A stretch of 64,000 bases of DNA from Limnochordia bacterium (lineage in GTDB: Bacteria > Bacillota > Limnochordia > DTU080): contig JBMNJG010000004.1 in the NCBI GenBank assembly GCA_050951545.1, forward strand, positions 256,001 to 320,000. Direction: 5' to 3'. The number at the start of each line of letters is the position of its first letter. The stretch's first letter is position 1. A model generated the notes under the pieces. The model searched no databases, was not told where the DNA came from, and worked only from the letters and a program-made list of their open reading frames with translations. Shown piece by piece: positions 10,270 through 21,900 of the stretch. A program made the position numbers and the translations under genes.

Positions 10270-11310
10270 GTGCCAGCTTTGAATGGGTTTCCACAGGGGA
10301 AGAACCTGACCCATGTGAAATCAAGCAATCTTTCCGCTGTCTTGGAGGCTATTATGCGCCTCGGACCAATATCCCGCATCGAGATCTCTTCCCTAACTGG
10401 CTTGACCTCTTCGACCATTACCAACCTAGTCAATGAACTCCTCTACCATGGGCTCGTATGCGAGTCGGGTAGCGCCGCATCGCAAGGCGGACGTAGGCGC
10501 ACTCTGCTCAGCTTGAACGTGGATGCCTGCTGGCTAGGTGCCATTGCCGTGCAAGAAAGTCGCATACAAGGAGCCTTGCTCAATCTAGCGGCTGAGACCC
10601 GTTGGCACGTCGAAGAGTCCTATACCGATGCAGCAGTGGCGTGCGAGCAGCTAGGTGAGCGTCTGCTCGGGCTCGCGGCCACTCAGGGACAACCAGTCGT
10701 GGGCTTCGGTATCGGCAGTTCGCCTCATGTGGCGCTTCCTCCTACCGTGATGCACAAGCTGCAGCTACCGGTGACGACAGATACTGAAGTGCGCGTATCT
10801 GCTCTGGGAGAGGCCTGGTTTGGCGTAGGCAGCGAGGTGCGCTCGTTGGCCTATGTCTCCGCAGATCAGCCAATGGCTGTGGGTATGGTGATGGACCGCC
10901 AGCTGTACCGGGGCGCACACGGGATAGCGGGGCTCCTACCTTGTGCAGCCTGCACGGATCTGCAGACGATGGTCGAGCAGGGCCAGCAGGGCCACCCGAC
11001 GGTACAAGAGGGGCTGCGGAGCCTTGCTGTGGTAGTGGCCCTAACCATGGGTCTGTACGATCCTCAGGCGGTGGTGGTGGGCGGATCCCTTGCCGAGTGG
11101 TTCCCAGGGCTTCCGGCCGCCCTCATGAATTGTGACATACTGAGGGAGCTGGGGGTAAGCCGCCAGCAGCCCGTTCTCTTTACCTCGAAGCTGGGCAGAG
11201 AGGCAACTGTGGTGGGAGCAGCCTGCCTAGTGCTGCAAGAGTTTGTTGCGCATCCCATTGAGTTCCTATCCAGTGCCAGAGCGATTGCGCAAGCTGCGGC
11301 TGGTGGCTAG
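10270..11310 (+). CDS. ROK-family transcriptional regulator (divergent)
   Basis: N-terminal wHTH (GPISRIEIS..TGLTSSTITNLV..GGRRR), ALGEAWFG, YRGAHGIAG; start uncertain (ORF open from 10171). Confidence 0.8.
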   Translation: MPALNGFPQGKNLTHVKSSNLSAVLEAIMRLGPISRIEISSLTGLTSSTITNLVNELLYHGLVCESGSAASQGGRRRTLLSLNVDACWLGAIAVQESRIQGALLNLAAETRWHVEESYTDAAVACEQLGERLLGLAATQGQPVVGFGIGSSPHVALPPTVMHKLQLPVTTDTEVRVSALGEAWFGVGSEVRSLAYVSADQPMAVGMVMDRQLYRGAHGIAGLLPCAACTDLQTMVEQGQQGHPTVQEGLRSLAVVVALTMGLYDPQAVVVGGSLAEWFPGLPAALMNCDILRELGVSRQQPVLFTSKLGREATVVGAACLVLQEFVAHPIEFLSSARAIAQAAAGG

Positions 11311-13680
11311 CTACTGGGGCACAGATGTCTGAGGCACCTCATCTGTCGTATCGTTCTCAGGTGTTATCTCCGCCGCAGGGGACGGAGGGGCTTCTGGGCT
11401 ATCAACAACGGCTTCGTCGGGCGTCTCGGCAGCAACTAGGGCTGCAGGTTCCGGACTAGGGGTCTCGACAGTTTCTGGCTGAGTTGGTCTAGAGACGGTT
11501 GACACCCGGGGACGCGGCTGGCTTGCCTGCGGCGTGTCGGTTGGCAACAGTCGGCGAGGAACTACTGGCGTCTGCACTACCTCTTGTCTGGACTCTTCCT
11601 GCAGTGGAGACTGGCGCTCGGACTCGAAAAACGCAGATGCTGGGGGTTCAACAAGGCTTAGCGGATAGAGCAGTCCGGCCGGCAGAGACATCGGATCGTC
11701 TCCGAACAAACCACCAGGCATGTTGGCCAGAGCCTGAGGCAGATCCTGCGATTGGGCAACCCCGATTCTGTAGGGTTGGGGCTGGGCGGCGGCATTCCAG
11801 TAACACGGAGCAACCTGGGTAGGTAAGGTACCTGGTACGAATGCATCGCGCTCCTGGGATCTGCATTTTGACCCCGCGATTTTTCCTGTAAACGGGTCCA
11901 CAGGGATGTTTGTCTGAACTCCCACAGGTACAGAAAAGCCTTGCACTGGCTCGTCACTCAAGGCAGCTACAGCGAACTTGCCCCAAATGGGTGCTGCTAA
12001 GCTTCCACCGCCCAGACTGAGAGGCTGGCGAGTGTCGTGACCCACATAGACCGTGGCCGACAGTTGCGGCGTATAACCCACAAACCAGGCACTCAACGTG
12101 TTGTTGGTGGTTCCCGTCTTGCCAGCCTGTGGTCGGCCGATGTTGGCTGCAGTGCCCGTCCCTTGCTCTACGACTGATTGCAGCATATTGGTCATCAGGT
12201 AGGCTACCTCTTCATTGAGAACTCGTCGTGAGTGGGGGCGATGGCGAAAGATGAGACGGCCGCGAGCATCGTATACCTGCTCAATGGCGTAGGGCTCGTT
12301 ATAGAAGCCACCGTTGGCAAAGACCGCGTAGGCCGCAGCCATGTCCAATGGTATGACACCCTTGGTCAACCCTCCTAGAGCAAGAGCCAGATTGCGGTCA
12401 TCAGGAAGAAGTAGGGTGCCAATGCCGAGCCTTTTGGCCATCTCTATTCCCGCATCAACGCCGATCTGTTTGAGTAGCCGTACAGAGGCCGTGTTAAGCG
12501 ACCGAGTCAATGCGAACTTGAGCGTCACCGAGCCCCAGTACTCCCCTTTGAAGTTCTCCGGCCGATACCCATTGAAGTCTCCCGGATGATCCACGAGCAG
12601 GTAGTTCATAGGCAGCCCCTGCTCCAACGCTGCTGCATAGACGAACGGCTTGAAGGCCGATCCAGGTTGGCGCACGGCCTGAGTTGCTCGGTTGAACTGA
12701 CTCTCGACATAGTCTCGCCCACCTACCATGCTGCGGATGGCACCGTCCGTCGGGTCTATGGCTACGATCGCGCCTTGGGATTTGCCTAAGGCCTCACGCG
12801 CTGCTCTTTGCATCTTCAGATCGAGCGTGGTATGAACACGCAACCCACCACGATGGACCGCAGTGGCACCGTAGCTTTCGATCAGCTGTGCAGAGACGTA
12901 GTCGACAAAGTAGGGAGCCAACCCACCGCGCAAGCCCGCCAAGCTCAGGGGCTCATTCTTGGCAGCCTCTGCTTGCTCCGCCGTGATATAGGCGAGATCG
13001 ATCATCCGCTCCAGAACCAGATCACGGCGGGCGAGAGCTTTGTCTGGGTTGCTATATGGGCTCAGTGTCGAAGGCGCCTTAGGAAGGCCAGCAAGTAGTG
13101 CGGCTTCAGAGAGAGTCAGCTCTGATACGGGTTTTCCGAAGTAGGTAAGTGCGGCATCGGCAATACCGTAGGCGCCTTCTCCGAAGTAGATCGTGTTGAG
13201 GTATATCTCCAGAATACGGCTCTTGGAGTACCGCATCTCCAACAGAAGAGCTAGCAGCATCTCAGCTGCCTTTCTTTGGACTGTCTTCTCTGGCGACAGA
13301 TAGAGCACTCTGGCCAATTGCTGGGTAATAGTGCTGGCCCCCTGCGCCCGTCTACCGCGTTTCAGATCAACCCAGAGTGCTCGGGCAATGCCCCTGATAT
13401 CGATGCCCGGGTGTAGGAAGAAGCGGCTGTCTTCGATGGCGATGATGGCTTGCTGCATTTCGGGAGTAATCTCAGCAAGTGAGATGAACGCCTGTTTTCT
13501 CGTACCTAACGTGGCTATCTGCTCACCGTTACGATCGAAGAGCGTGGCAGCCTCACCGTCGGCCTCCGGGTCCAGACGGATTACGCGTATGGCCGCTGCT
13601 GCAACCCAGGCCAGCAAAGGGATGAGGAGCAGTAGTAGGAGCACTTTGAGAACTCGCAGCCAGCGAGAATGCCGACGCAT
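11311..13680 (-). CDS. Class A penicillin-binding protein (PBP1A family) with Pro/Glu-rich tail
   Basis: Transglycosylase EDSRF, GASTITQQ; transpeptidase SAFK, SLN, KTGT. Confidence 0.93.
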   Translation of the reverse strand: MRRHSRWLRVLKVLLLLLLIPLLAWVAAAAIRVIRLDPEADGEAATLFDRNGEQIATLGTRKQAFISLAEITPEMQQAIIAIEDSRFFLHPGIDIRGIARALWVDLKRGRRAQGASTITQQLARVLYLSPEKTVQRKAAEMLLALLLEMRYSKSRILEIYLNTIYFGEGAYGIADAALTYFGKPVSELTLSEAALLAGLPKAPSTLSPYSNPDKALARRDLVLERMIDLAYITAEQAEAAKNEPLSLAGLRGGLAPYFVDYVSAQLIESYGATAVHRGGLRVHTTLDLKMQRAAREALGKSQGAIVAIDPTDGAIRSMVGGRDYVESQFNRATQAVRQPGSAFKPFVYAAALEQGLPMNYLLVDHPGDFNGYRPENFKGEYWGSVTLKFALTRSLNTASVRLLKQIGVDAGIEMAKRLGIGTLLLPDDRNLALALGGLTKGVIPLDMAAAYAVFANGGFYNEPYAIEQVYDARGRLIFRHRPHSRRVLNEEVAYLMTNMLQSVVEQGTGTAANIGRPQAGKTGTTNNTLSAWFVGYTPQLSATVYVGHDTRQPLSLGGGSLAAPIWGKFAVAALSDEPVQGFSVPVGVQTNIPVDPFTGKIAGSKCRSQERDAFVPGTLPTQVAPCYWNAAAQPQPYRIGVAQSQDLPQALANMPGGLFGDDPMSLPAGLLYPLSLVEPPASAFFESERQSPLQEESRQEVVQTPVVPRRLLPTDTPQASQPRPRVSTVSRPTQPETVETPSPEPAALVAAETPDEAVVDSPEAPPSPAAEITPENDTTDEVPQTSVPQ

Positions 13681-13889
13681 AGCATCTCACCCCGTAGCCA
13701 GTGGCTGGGAAGTACAGACGGACAGCTTCCTCGCACTAGTATTGGATATCTGAGGTGGTAGCATGCGGAGGGAGATGACCGACTCTGTTCGGCAAGGCTG
13801 TGGCGTGGTATGCTGGCACTGTGGCAGGGTTGGAAAAGTGCCGACGACTGCCGAAACCAGTGAGAGTTCGGGGTGTAGTTTCGTTGAGG

Positions 13890-14201
13890 ATGATCATATG
13901 TCCGCGGTGTCTAGGGTCATTTCGAACCCTATACCAGGAAGGCAAGCAAGAGCGATGTCCCTACTGCGCTCACTTGGTTGTGCATCATCGGAGGCTGACG
14001 AAGGTTGCGCAGTATCTGCATGAGAGCGAAGCATCACCTGAGGAACTCCAACAATGGCTGTGCGAATATCTAGCCTTCTTAGGCACATGGTGCTCAGAGC
14101 AAGAAGCCTTGGATCTGTGCATGCTGGATGCGTTGGCCAGACAGTTGGATATGCTTACTCGAGAGATAGCCAGCTGTCGTCGGCGTCTTCAGAACGACTA
14201 G
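13890..14201 (+). CDS. Small hypothetical protein with N-terminal CxxC...CxxC zinc ribbon
   Basis: MIICPRC...RCPYC followed by a helical region; abuts the next gene; start uncertain. Confidence 0.45.
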   Translation: MIICPRCLGSFRTLYQEGKQERCPYCAHLVVHHRRLTKVAQYLHESEASPEELQQWLCEYLAFLGTWCSEQEALDLCMLDALARQLDMLTREIASCRRRLQND

Positions 14202-14226
14202 GCTGTGAAAGGGTGCCCTCTCCAGG

Positions 14227-15495
14227 ATGAGTGAAGCAATTCGTTTGCCGCATATGGTGAGAATCAGGCAACATCGATCCGTTCCGTGTACTGATGACCC
14301 GGAGACAACTGCTAGGGAGGTGCTGCGTCAAGCGGGCATCGCTCACTGGGTGAAGCCAGGCGATAAAGTTGCTGTGGGCTGTGGATCCAGAGGTATTGCC
14401 TCCTACGCGCATGTGGTACGCGGCGCCATTGCAGCTCTCAAGGAGGCAGGAGCCTCCCCCTTGATCATGCCAGCGATGGGCAGCCACGGTGGCGCCATCG
14501 CCAAAGGACAGGTGGCTGTGCTGGCTGCTGCGGGTATCACCGAGCAAAGCATGGGTGTTCCTGTCGTGGCGGGCATGGATGTCGTAGAGCTCGGAGTGAT
14601 CCCTGGCGGGCCATCAGTGTTTTTCGATCGGCGGGCAATGGAAGCAGATGGGGTGATGGTTGTCAACCGGGTGAAACCCCATACAGATTTTCGTGGCGAT
14701 CTGGGCAGCGGCCTGATAAAGATGATGGTGATTGGCTTTGGCAAGGAACGCGGGGCGCAAGCCATCCATGCCTACGGAGTGCGGGGACTCAAAGAGATGG
14801 TACCAGAGGCAGCCAAGATCATCCTTGACAAAGTGAGAGTGCTGCCCGGAGTGGCAATCGTAGAGAATGCCCTTGAACAGCCTGCCTTTATCCGGGCCCT
14901 CACTCCTGAGCAACTGTGGACGGGAGAGCAGGAGTTAATGCAGCTCGCCCAAGAGCACATGGCTCGCCTACCCGTGGAACAGCTGGATCTTTTGGTAGTG
15001 GACAAGATGGGTAAAGACATCAGTGGCTCTGGGATGGACACCAATGTAATAGGGCGTCTGTACATAGCTGGCGAGGCTGAGTTTTCGTCGCCGCGCATAA
15101 GCCGCATTGCCGTTCTAGATCTGACCGCAGCGTCACATGGCAATGCAGCAGGTGTAGGCTTGGCAGACGTCATTACTGACCGTTTGCGGGCCAAGATTGA
15201 CGAACGGGCCACAAACATCAACACCATCACCTCCACATTCTTAGAACGCGGCCGCCTTCCTATTTCCTTTCCGACCGACAGAGAGGCCATTGAGACAGCT
15301 CTGCGGTGCGCATGGCAGCCGGATGTAGAAGAAGCACGGGTCATTCGGGTATCCAGTACGCTAGAGCTAACGCAGATGCTGGTATCGACCGCAGTATGGG
15401 AGGAGGAGTTGCGTGGGCGGCCTGACATAGAGACGCTGAGCGAACCTATGCCTTGGCACTTCACCTCCGATGGAGAGCTGTGCATGCCGTGGTAG
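14227..15495 (+). CDS. LarA (lactate racemase) N-terminal domain / DUF362-like protein
   Basis: GSRGI, PAMGSHGG, NRVKPHTDF, GKDISGSGMDTNVIGR. Confidence 0.75.
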   Translation: MSEAIRLPHMVRIRQHRSVPCTDDPETTAREVLRQAGIAHWVKPGDKVAVGCGSRGIASYAHVVRGAIAALKEAGASPLIMPAMGSHGGAIAKGQVAVLAAAGITEQSMGVPVVAGMDVVELGVIPGGPSVFFDRRAMEADGVMVVNRVKPHTDFRGDLGSGLIKMMVIGFGKERGAQAIHAYGVRGLKEMVPEAAKIILDKVRVLPGVAIVENALEQPAFIRALTPEQLWTGEQELMQLAQEHMARLPVEQLDLLVVDKMGKDISGSGMDTNVIGRLYIAGEAEFSSPRISRIAVLDLTAASHGNAAGVGLADVITDRLRAKIDERATNINTITSTFLERGRLPISFPTDREAIETALRCAWQPDVEEARVIRVSSTLELTQMLVSTAVWEEELRGRPDIETLSEPMPWHFTSDGELCMPW

Positions 15496-15512
15496 GGAGG
15501 CCAGGTGTGCTA

Positions 15513-17672
15513 TCAGCAGTGCGTTGGTTCTGCAGCTTCAGGCATCATAAGTGCGACGAACAAATCAACTAGCCCAGGGTCGAACTGCACGCCTGCCATC
15601 TCGCGCAGTTCGTCGAGAGCCTCTGTGTGAGGGATTGCTGGCTTATAGCAGCGCCCCTGCGTCATCACATCGTAAGCATCGACGATGGTCAGGATTCTGG
15701 AGCTAAGAGGTATTTCATCGCCCCGCAATCCATTTGGGTAACCGGTACCATCCCACCACTCATGATGATGTAGAATGACGGTGGCTACAGCTGCTACCTT
15801 GGGGATTGATGAGACAATGCGATAGCCAATCTCTGGATGTCGACGCACTTGACTCAGCTCTTCGGGGGTCAGGGGCCCTGCTTTGCTGAGGATGGAATCG
15901 TCAACCCCAATCTTGCCGATATCGTGCAAGGCAGCTGCGAGCATCAGCTCGTCCAACACAGGTGCCGCCAACCCCAGGCTGCGCCCAAGGCGCATGGCTA
16001 GCTTGCCCAAGCGTTCACAGTGCTCTTCGGTCTCACCGCTCTTCTCCTGCAAGGTGCTCTGCAGGGCGGAAAGAATCATGCTGTTCACGCTGCGGCTATC
16101 TAACAGTTTGCGTCGGTACATCCTTTCCTCAGCCAGCCTGCGCACCTGCTCGCAGTCTTGCGTCATACTAGATCTCGTCGCCGATCCGAGGGCGACACTC
16201 AAAGGGAAGGGCGTTGCCCTAATCTCCGCCGCGCCAGCATAGATCGCGGAGCATATCTCTGCGGCCTCTCGTTCTGACGTCTGCGGAAGTAGCAGTACGA
16301 ATTCATCGCCTCCCCAACGGGTCACAATGTCGCCACCGCGGCCGTGCTCTCTAAGTAAGTCGGCGATCGCCTGAAGCTGCTGATCACCCATCGTGTAACC
16401 GAAGGCATCGTTGATGAGTTTCAGCCCATTCAGATCAGCGATAATCATGCTAATGGGCAGCTGTGTCTGGTCGTCGCACAGCCTGGCGACATGTTCCTCG
16501 AAGTAGGCCCGATTGCCTAAGCCCGTGAGCCTGTCCCGATAACTCATCTCCCTGAGTTTCTCGAACGACCGGACTCGTTCCGTAATGTTGAACAAGGTAA
16601 AGGCTACGAAGCCAGGCTCAGAGCGGTAAGCCATGACTTCGTAGTGTCGATCCGAGGGGGCATAGTAGAATTCGAAGCACGCAGGTCGCTCTGTGCACAC
16701 GACTTCAGAGAGCACCGCAGGGAGTGGTGTCTTAGAAAGAGGCGGAAATGCCTCGAGGAGTTCGCTCCCCAACAGTGTTTTGCGTTCTCGGCTAGTGAGC
16801 CGAGTGAATTCGGGGTTGACATCATGAATCACAAAGGTTGGCCCTTGGCCACCGTCGTCTGAAGTCACGGCGCATACCACAAAGCCACCCGTCAGATTGC
16901 TGAAGAGGTTTCTCAGCCGCATCTCTGAGCGTAGAAGACCGTGAAAGACTGTGGAGTAGGGAGCACGCAAAGAACCGTCGACCAGGGCCATGTAGACAAA
17001 CAGGGCGGACACCACTTTGAGTGCATGACCGAGGAAGTTCAAGATACCATACACGTCGACATACAGTGTGAAGGTCATTTCAGAGAAGATGGCCACGACC
17101 ATAGAAGCCGCCAATAGCCTACGGGTACGCGTCGGTAGTTGCTCCTTGTGCGCCTGCATGGTCACCAACGCCGCTAGCAGAAGGCCGCTGATGATGTACT
17201 CACTGGTGATCTTGAATGCGGTCAGGCCCTCACCTTCGACGTAACAGATCGGGAAGATGTCAAAGGCAAAAATGGAGAGAATGAGTGTAAGACAGCCCAT
17301 GCCGTAGACGAGTAAAAGCTTGTACTCTGAAACGCGCCGGCGTACGAAGACAGTTAGACTGGCATGAAGTAGCGTAAGAGCCTCCATGTAGCGCGAGGCT
17401 ATCCAGAGCTGGGTTGCAAGATCCGCACCGTCAGTGGGGAAAACGCCCATCCCCTTGTAGGCTAAGGCATGCAGAATATCAAGGATGCCGACGAAAAGGA
17501 ACCCGACGGAAGCAATAACCAAGACGCGGCTCTCGGTAAACGACCGCGCCTGCCATCCAATGCTAAAAACAGTGATGGCTACTGTCGCACTTCCTAGTTC
17601 AACAAGCGAGTGAAATAGGAGATACGAGTGCCGACTCAATACGTAACCTAGAATTACGGCTATGGCAACCAA
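15513..17672 (-). CDS. Membrane sensor (MASE3-like)-PAS-GGDEF-HD-GYP c-di-GMP enzyme
   Basis: YLLFHSLVE membrane domain; DRLTGLGNR, RWGGDEF; LHDIGK, HHEWWDGTGYP, DAYD all intact; start may be ATG at 17701. Confidence 0.9.
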   Translation of the reverse strand: MVAIAVILGYVLSRHSYLLFHSLVELGSATVAITVFSIGWQARSFTESRVLVIASVGFLFVGILDILHALAYKGMGVFPTDGADLATQLWIASRYMEALTLLHASLTVFVRRRVSEYKLLLVYGMGCLTLILSIFAFDIFPICYVEGEGLTAFKITSEYIISGLLLAALVTMQAHKEQLPTRTRRLLAASMVVAIFSEMTFTLYVDVYGILNFLGHALKVVSALFVYMALVDGSLRAPYSTVFHGLLRSEMRLRNLFSNLTGGFVVCAVTSDDGGQGPTFVIHDVNPEFTRLTSRERKTLLGSELLEAFPPLSKTPLPAVLSEVVCTERPACFEFYYAPSDRHYEVMAYRSEPGFVAFTLFNITERVRSFEKLREMSYRDRLTGLGNRAYFEEHVARLCDDQTQLPISMIIADLNGLKLINDAFGYTMGDQQLQAIADLLREHGRGGDIVTRWGGDEFVLLLPQTSEREAAEICSAIYAGAAEIRATPFPLSVALGSATRSSMTQDCEQVRRLAEERMYRRKLLDSRSVNSMILSALQSTLQEKSGETEEHCERLGKLAMRLGRSLGLAAPVLDELMLAAALHDIGKIGVDDSILSKAGPLTPEELSQVRRHPEIGYRIVSSIPKVAAVATVILHHHEWWDGTGYPNGLRGDEIPLSSRILTIVDAYDVMTQGRCYKPAIPHTEALDELREMAGVQFDPGLVDLFVALMMPEAAEPTHC

Positions 17673-17762
17673 TGGGACACCGCGCCACCACCTATGTCCA
17701 TGGTACGCAGATTCGGGTTCCAGTTGCGAGCTGTAGATTGCGATAACCCCACCCCCGATTGG

Positions 17763-18728
17763 TCAAAGCCCCTGTGCCAGCAAGAGTGCCCCTTCTACGG
17801 GGTCTCGCTCAGGGGGGAGCAGCCTGTAGCCAGGTGCCTCCTGTAGGAGGGTATCGTGCACTGCCTGGCGAAGCACGGGGATCTTGTGAATGATGCTCCC
17901 CTGATAGCTCACATCCGCTTCAGCCCCAAAAGACAGACGCCGTCCCACGGCGAACACTGTATTGGCCAACGTCATACCTGCCCTCTGAAGGATCTGCCTG
18001 CAGACTATATCTCCCTCATCAGCAAGCTGCGCTACGACTTTTGCTAGAGCAGCGACTTCCCCAGGACCCCATGTACTGAAATAGGCTCGAGGGACAAGCT
18101 CCTCAAGGCGTGTGGCACCAAAGTGGGCGGGTATAGCGGAAACCAGACGCGTCTGAGCCAACCTTCCGTCGAGGCTGGCAAAGGCAGCGCGCAATGCCGA
18201 CCGTCCGATGGCATAGCCACTTCCCGCATCACCCAGAAGCCATCCCCAACCGTCGGCGCGAAAGAACCCACCCTGAGCGTCACGCCCCACAGCCACCGCT
18301 CCGGTACCCACAATGAGCACAATCCCCGGTCTACCAGCTAGCGCCCCAGCCAGAGCGATTTCACTATCGGAGACAACCAGAATCTCGGTGGCAGGGACTG
18401 AGTACCCGCGCTCTTGCAGAAACCGCATGACCGCCTGCTGCACCAGGGGACCTGCGTCTGTTGTGCTGACGCCGCTGAGACCCAGGCAAGCTGCCTTCAG
18501 CGCAAGGCGCATTCTTGACCGTGCACATTGTTTGTGCACGGCCTCCCTAAGAGCATGGTCCAACGTGGCATAGAGAGAGGTCAATGCCGTATGCTGACCG
18601 CGAGAGATGGCACATGGCCCACCAGTAACATCAGCCAGAGTGCCATTTTCATCATCTACGATCATGCAACGCGTGCTTGTTCCTCCACCATCGACAGCGA
18701 GTAGAGCACCCATACGCATGCACCCCAA
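17763..18728 (-). CDS. BadF/BadG/BcrA/BcrD-family sugar (GlcNAc/MurNAc-like) kinase
   Basis: AVDGGGTST, IVGTGA, DGWGWLLGDAGSG. Confidence 0.85.
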   Translation of the reverse strand: MGCMRMGALLAVDGGGTSTRCMIVDDENGTLADVTGGPCAISRGQHTALTSLYATLDHALREAVHKQCARSRMRLALKAACLGLSGVSTTDAGPLVQQAVMRFLQERGYSVPATEILVVSDSEIALAGALAGRPGIVLIVGTGAVAVGRDAQGGFFRADGWGWLLGDAGSGYAIGRSALRAAFASLDGRLAQTRLVSAIPAHFGATRLEELVPRAYFSTWGPGEVAALAKVVAQLADEGDIVCRQILQRAGMTLANTVFAVGRRLSFGAEADVSYQGSIIHKIPVLRQAVHDTLLQEAPGYRLLPPERDPVEGALLLAQGL

Positions 18729-18938
18729 GGCCAGCTAAGCTGTGGGCTTCTTCGCCGGGCTGGTTACCCGAGTCTTAGAAACCCCACGATCTTTCGACAT
18801 ACCTGTGAGATATTCCTTGCAAAAAGAGCAATGTAGACAGGGAATCTAGAAGGAAAACAAAGTGAGTAATGAAACTCTCAAATACCTTGTATGGAGTTGT
18901 ACTGGATCGGCGCTGTCGGGGATTAGGCACCCGAAGAA

Positions 18939-18974
18939 CGTGCGGAGCGACCATGTGCACAGGACCGCTCCGCA
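18939..18974. terminator. GC-rich hairpin downstream of the RND gene
   Basis: GTGCGGAGCG...CGCTCCGCAC inverted repeat. Confidence 0.5.
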
Positions 18975-18998
18975 CTTGATAGAAGGTAACGAGGATGT

Positions 18999-21900
18999 CT
19001 ACGCGGGCAAACTTGCGTCTGAGTCGGTCGTTACTGGTTGGCGACGCGTCAGCAAACGGTAAGCAGAAGGCACCAGGAACAGAGTCAATCCTGTTGAGAA
19101 GAACATGCCTCCCATATAGGCGATGGCCAGTGGTCTCTGCAGTTCAGTACCCTCTCCGCGCCCCAGCGCCAGGGGCAGCAGACCGAGAATGGTAGTAAGG
19201 GACGTCATCAGTATCGGCCGCAACCTTTCGCGTGCTGCCAGCGATATGGCCTCATCGACACCGGCCCCATTGCGCCGAGCTTGATTGGCCGCGTCGACCA
19301 TCATAATGCCATTTCCTACCACTACACCCGTCAAGACGATAAGCCCCATCAAGGCAGAGACGCCGATGCTTTGCCCCGTGATCCACAAACAGACAAAGCC
19401 GCCTCCTATTCCAAGCGGAACGGTCGTCATGATGATCAGAGGGTACAGCAGTGAATCAAACTGCGCGGCCATGACCATGTACACGAGGAGAATGGCCAAT
19501 ACCAGCACCCATGAGAGCTCATCTACCGCCTCCTGAATGGTATCATGGACTCCTGCCAGACGAGCGCTCGTCTGGGGCGGAATCTCCAGCTGGTCGATGA
19601 TACTCAGAGCTTTTCTTTTCGCTTCGCCCAGATCGATACCGTCTAGGCGGGCATTGATAGCTATCGTTCTTACTCTGCCAATATGCTGGATCGTCACTGG
19701 TCCCGATGCCTGCTCCGTAGTGACCACTCGACCAAAACGCACCGAAGGCAAGGACCCCTGTCCGGCGCTGGGGACACCTTGGATCGATAGCTTAAGCAGG
19801 GAATCAATTCCGTCAATGTCGTGAGGTTGGGCTCGCAGAACCACAGGGATGCTCTCCCCGTTGCGTTGAATGCGAGTGGCCTCGAGACCACTTAGAGCGC
19901 CACGAAGAGTCAGGCCCACAACTCCGGTGGTCATGCTACCCAACAGAGCCTTCGTGCGATCGACGGTAAAAAGCAGTTCTGGTTGCCTTTGGTCAACCGA
20001 TGTGGTGATCTCTGTGAAACCGCCCACTTGCCTCATAGCTCCTGCCACCTGAGCTGCTAGCTCTTCCAGAACCCCCAGCTCCTTGCCGCTTACTTGAATG
20101 GTCGCCCCAGGCGAAAAGGCCTCACCCAGGGAGTCTGTCAACCGTTCAGTACTGAGGCTGAGGTGGCCTCCGAGCAAGTCTATCTCCTCTACCGCTCTTC
20201 TGATCTCATCCGCAGTGGCTCTGATGGATTGCTTGCGCTTGCTCTTTGGCTGCAAGAGCATCTGCAGCTTTGCCACATGCTGCCCGGCTCCGTAGAGAAG
20301 CTGCACGACGTCATCGCTGTCTTGACCCACCTGAGACCACACAAAGGCGACATCTTCGATCTCAGACACGGTCGTTTCGATCTGCTCAGCTACGTTGTTC
20401 GTCATGCGCGTTGGCGTTCCAGCAGGCATAGTGAGGGTGGCATTGATCGCTCCGCCATCCACGCTGGGTAGAAGCTCTAGAGGCATGTGACGTGGGGCGC
20501 TGAGACCCGTAACGATGAGTACCAGTGCAAAGGCCCAAAGCCAGGCTGGCCGACGCAACACCCGAGTGAGAAGCCGTAAATACCGCTCTTGCAGGCGTTC
20601 GATCCACCCGAAGCTGGTCTCGCCCGCGCCGTGGTCATCGCTTGCTGAGTGGCGCAGCGGCCTTCTCAGAAACCCTGCAGCTGCAGCGGGAACTACGGTA
20701 ACAGCCACTGCCATAGAGGCTAGGAGAGCAAATGTCACGGTAAAGGCCATATCGCGGAACCATCGACCTGCGGTAGACTGCAGGTACGCGAGGGGAAGAA
20801 AGACCACCACTGTGGTCAGAGTTGATGCCGATATGGCTAGAGCAACCTTTGAAGTGCCAGTCTTGGCGGCCTCTAGCGCACTCAAGCCCTGTTGCCGGTG
20901 CCGGATAATGCTCTCGAGCACGACGATCGAGTTGTCCACAAGGGTACCGATTCCCAGGGCAAGGCCACCTATACTCAGTAGATTGAGCGTGAGGTCGCTT
21001 GCGTACATCATGATGAGGGCTACTACGATGGACAGGGGAATAGCGATGGCGATGACAGCGATACTGCGCACACTACGCAGAAAAAGCAGGAGAACCGCTA
21101 CAGCTAAGATGGCGCCCACAATCGCGGCATCTTTTACGTTGTTTAGTGCATCTGTGATGAACTCCGACTGATCACCTAGTACCTGCAGCTGTATCTCGTG
21201 ACCAGCGTCTTGTGCAAGCCCGGACAACGCATTTCGCACAGCTCGAGACACAGAGACGCTACCTGCACCCGACTGCTTGTACACCTGCAAGATGACTGCA
21301 GGTTCGCCGTTTACACGTGCGTAGGCTTGTTGTGGACTGGTTCCTTCTACTACCTTGGCGACGTCTTTCAAGAACAGCATCTGGGGGATAAGGGCTGCAA
21401 AGCCAGCTGCCTCGAGCCCTGTGGTTTTTTTCTCCCCAATGACAAGATCGCGAATCTCCTCCACGCTGCTGAGAGGGTTGCCTACCCGGACGTTATAGCG
21501 TACGCTATCGTCCTCCAGAACACCGGCTGGAACTAGAGAGTTCTGCTGCTTAAGAAGCTCGTAGAGTACCGCAGGTGGGGTATTGTTGATGCGCAAGGCT
21601 TCTGTATCGAAAAACACAGTGATCTCTGGACGGGCTCCTGCCACGAGACTTGCCTTGGCCACTCCCGGAAGCTGTTCTATCTGTGTCATGAGATGCTCTT
21701 CGGCTACCTTAGTGAGATCGCTGATATCATCAAGGCCCGTGATGCCGATTCTCATCACAGGAAACATGCGTGGGTCGACATTCGCCACCACGGGTTTCAT
21801 GGCATCGGAGGGGAGTACAGTGGTCAGGGTGGCCAGCTGAGCCGTGATATCGTTCATCGCCCTAGTAGGATCGACGCCCCAGGCGAAAGTGGCCACTGTG

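Noticed and set aside
14772-15485. 237-aa antisense ORF (and similar shadow ORFs throughout the window)
   Set aside because: It lies opposite a well-supported gene, which is expected from GC-rich codon bias.
18730-18998. Possible ncRNA or riboswitch in an AT-richer intergenic region
   Set aside because: Only a terminator-like hairpin and a promoter-like sequence are visible. I recognise no RNA family.
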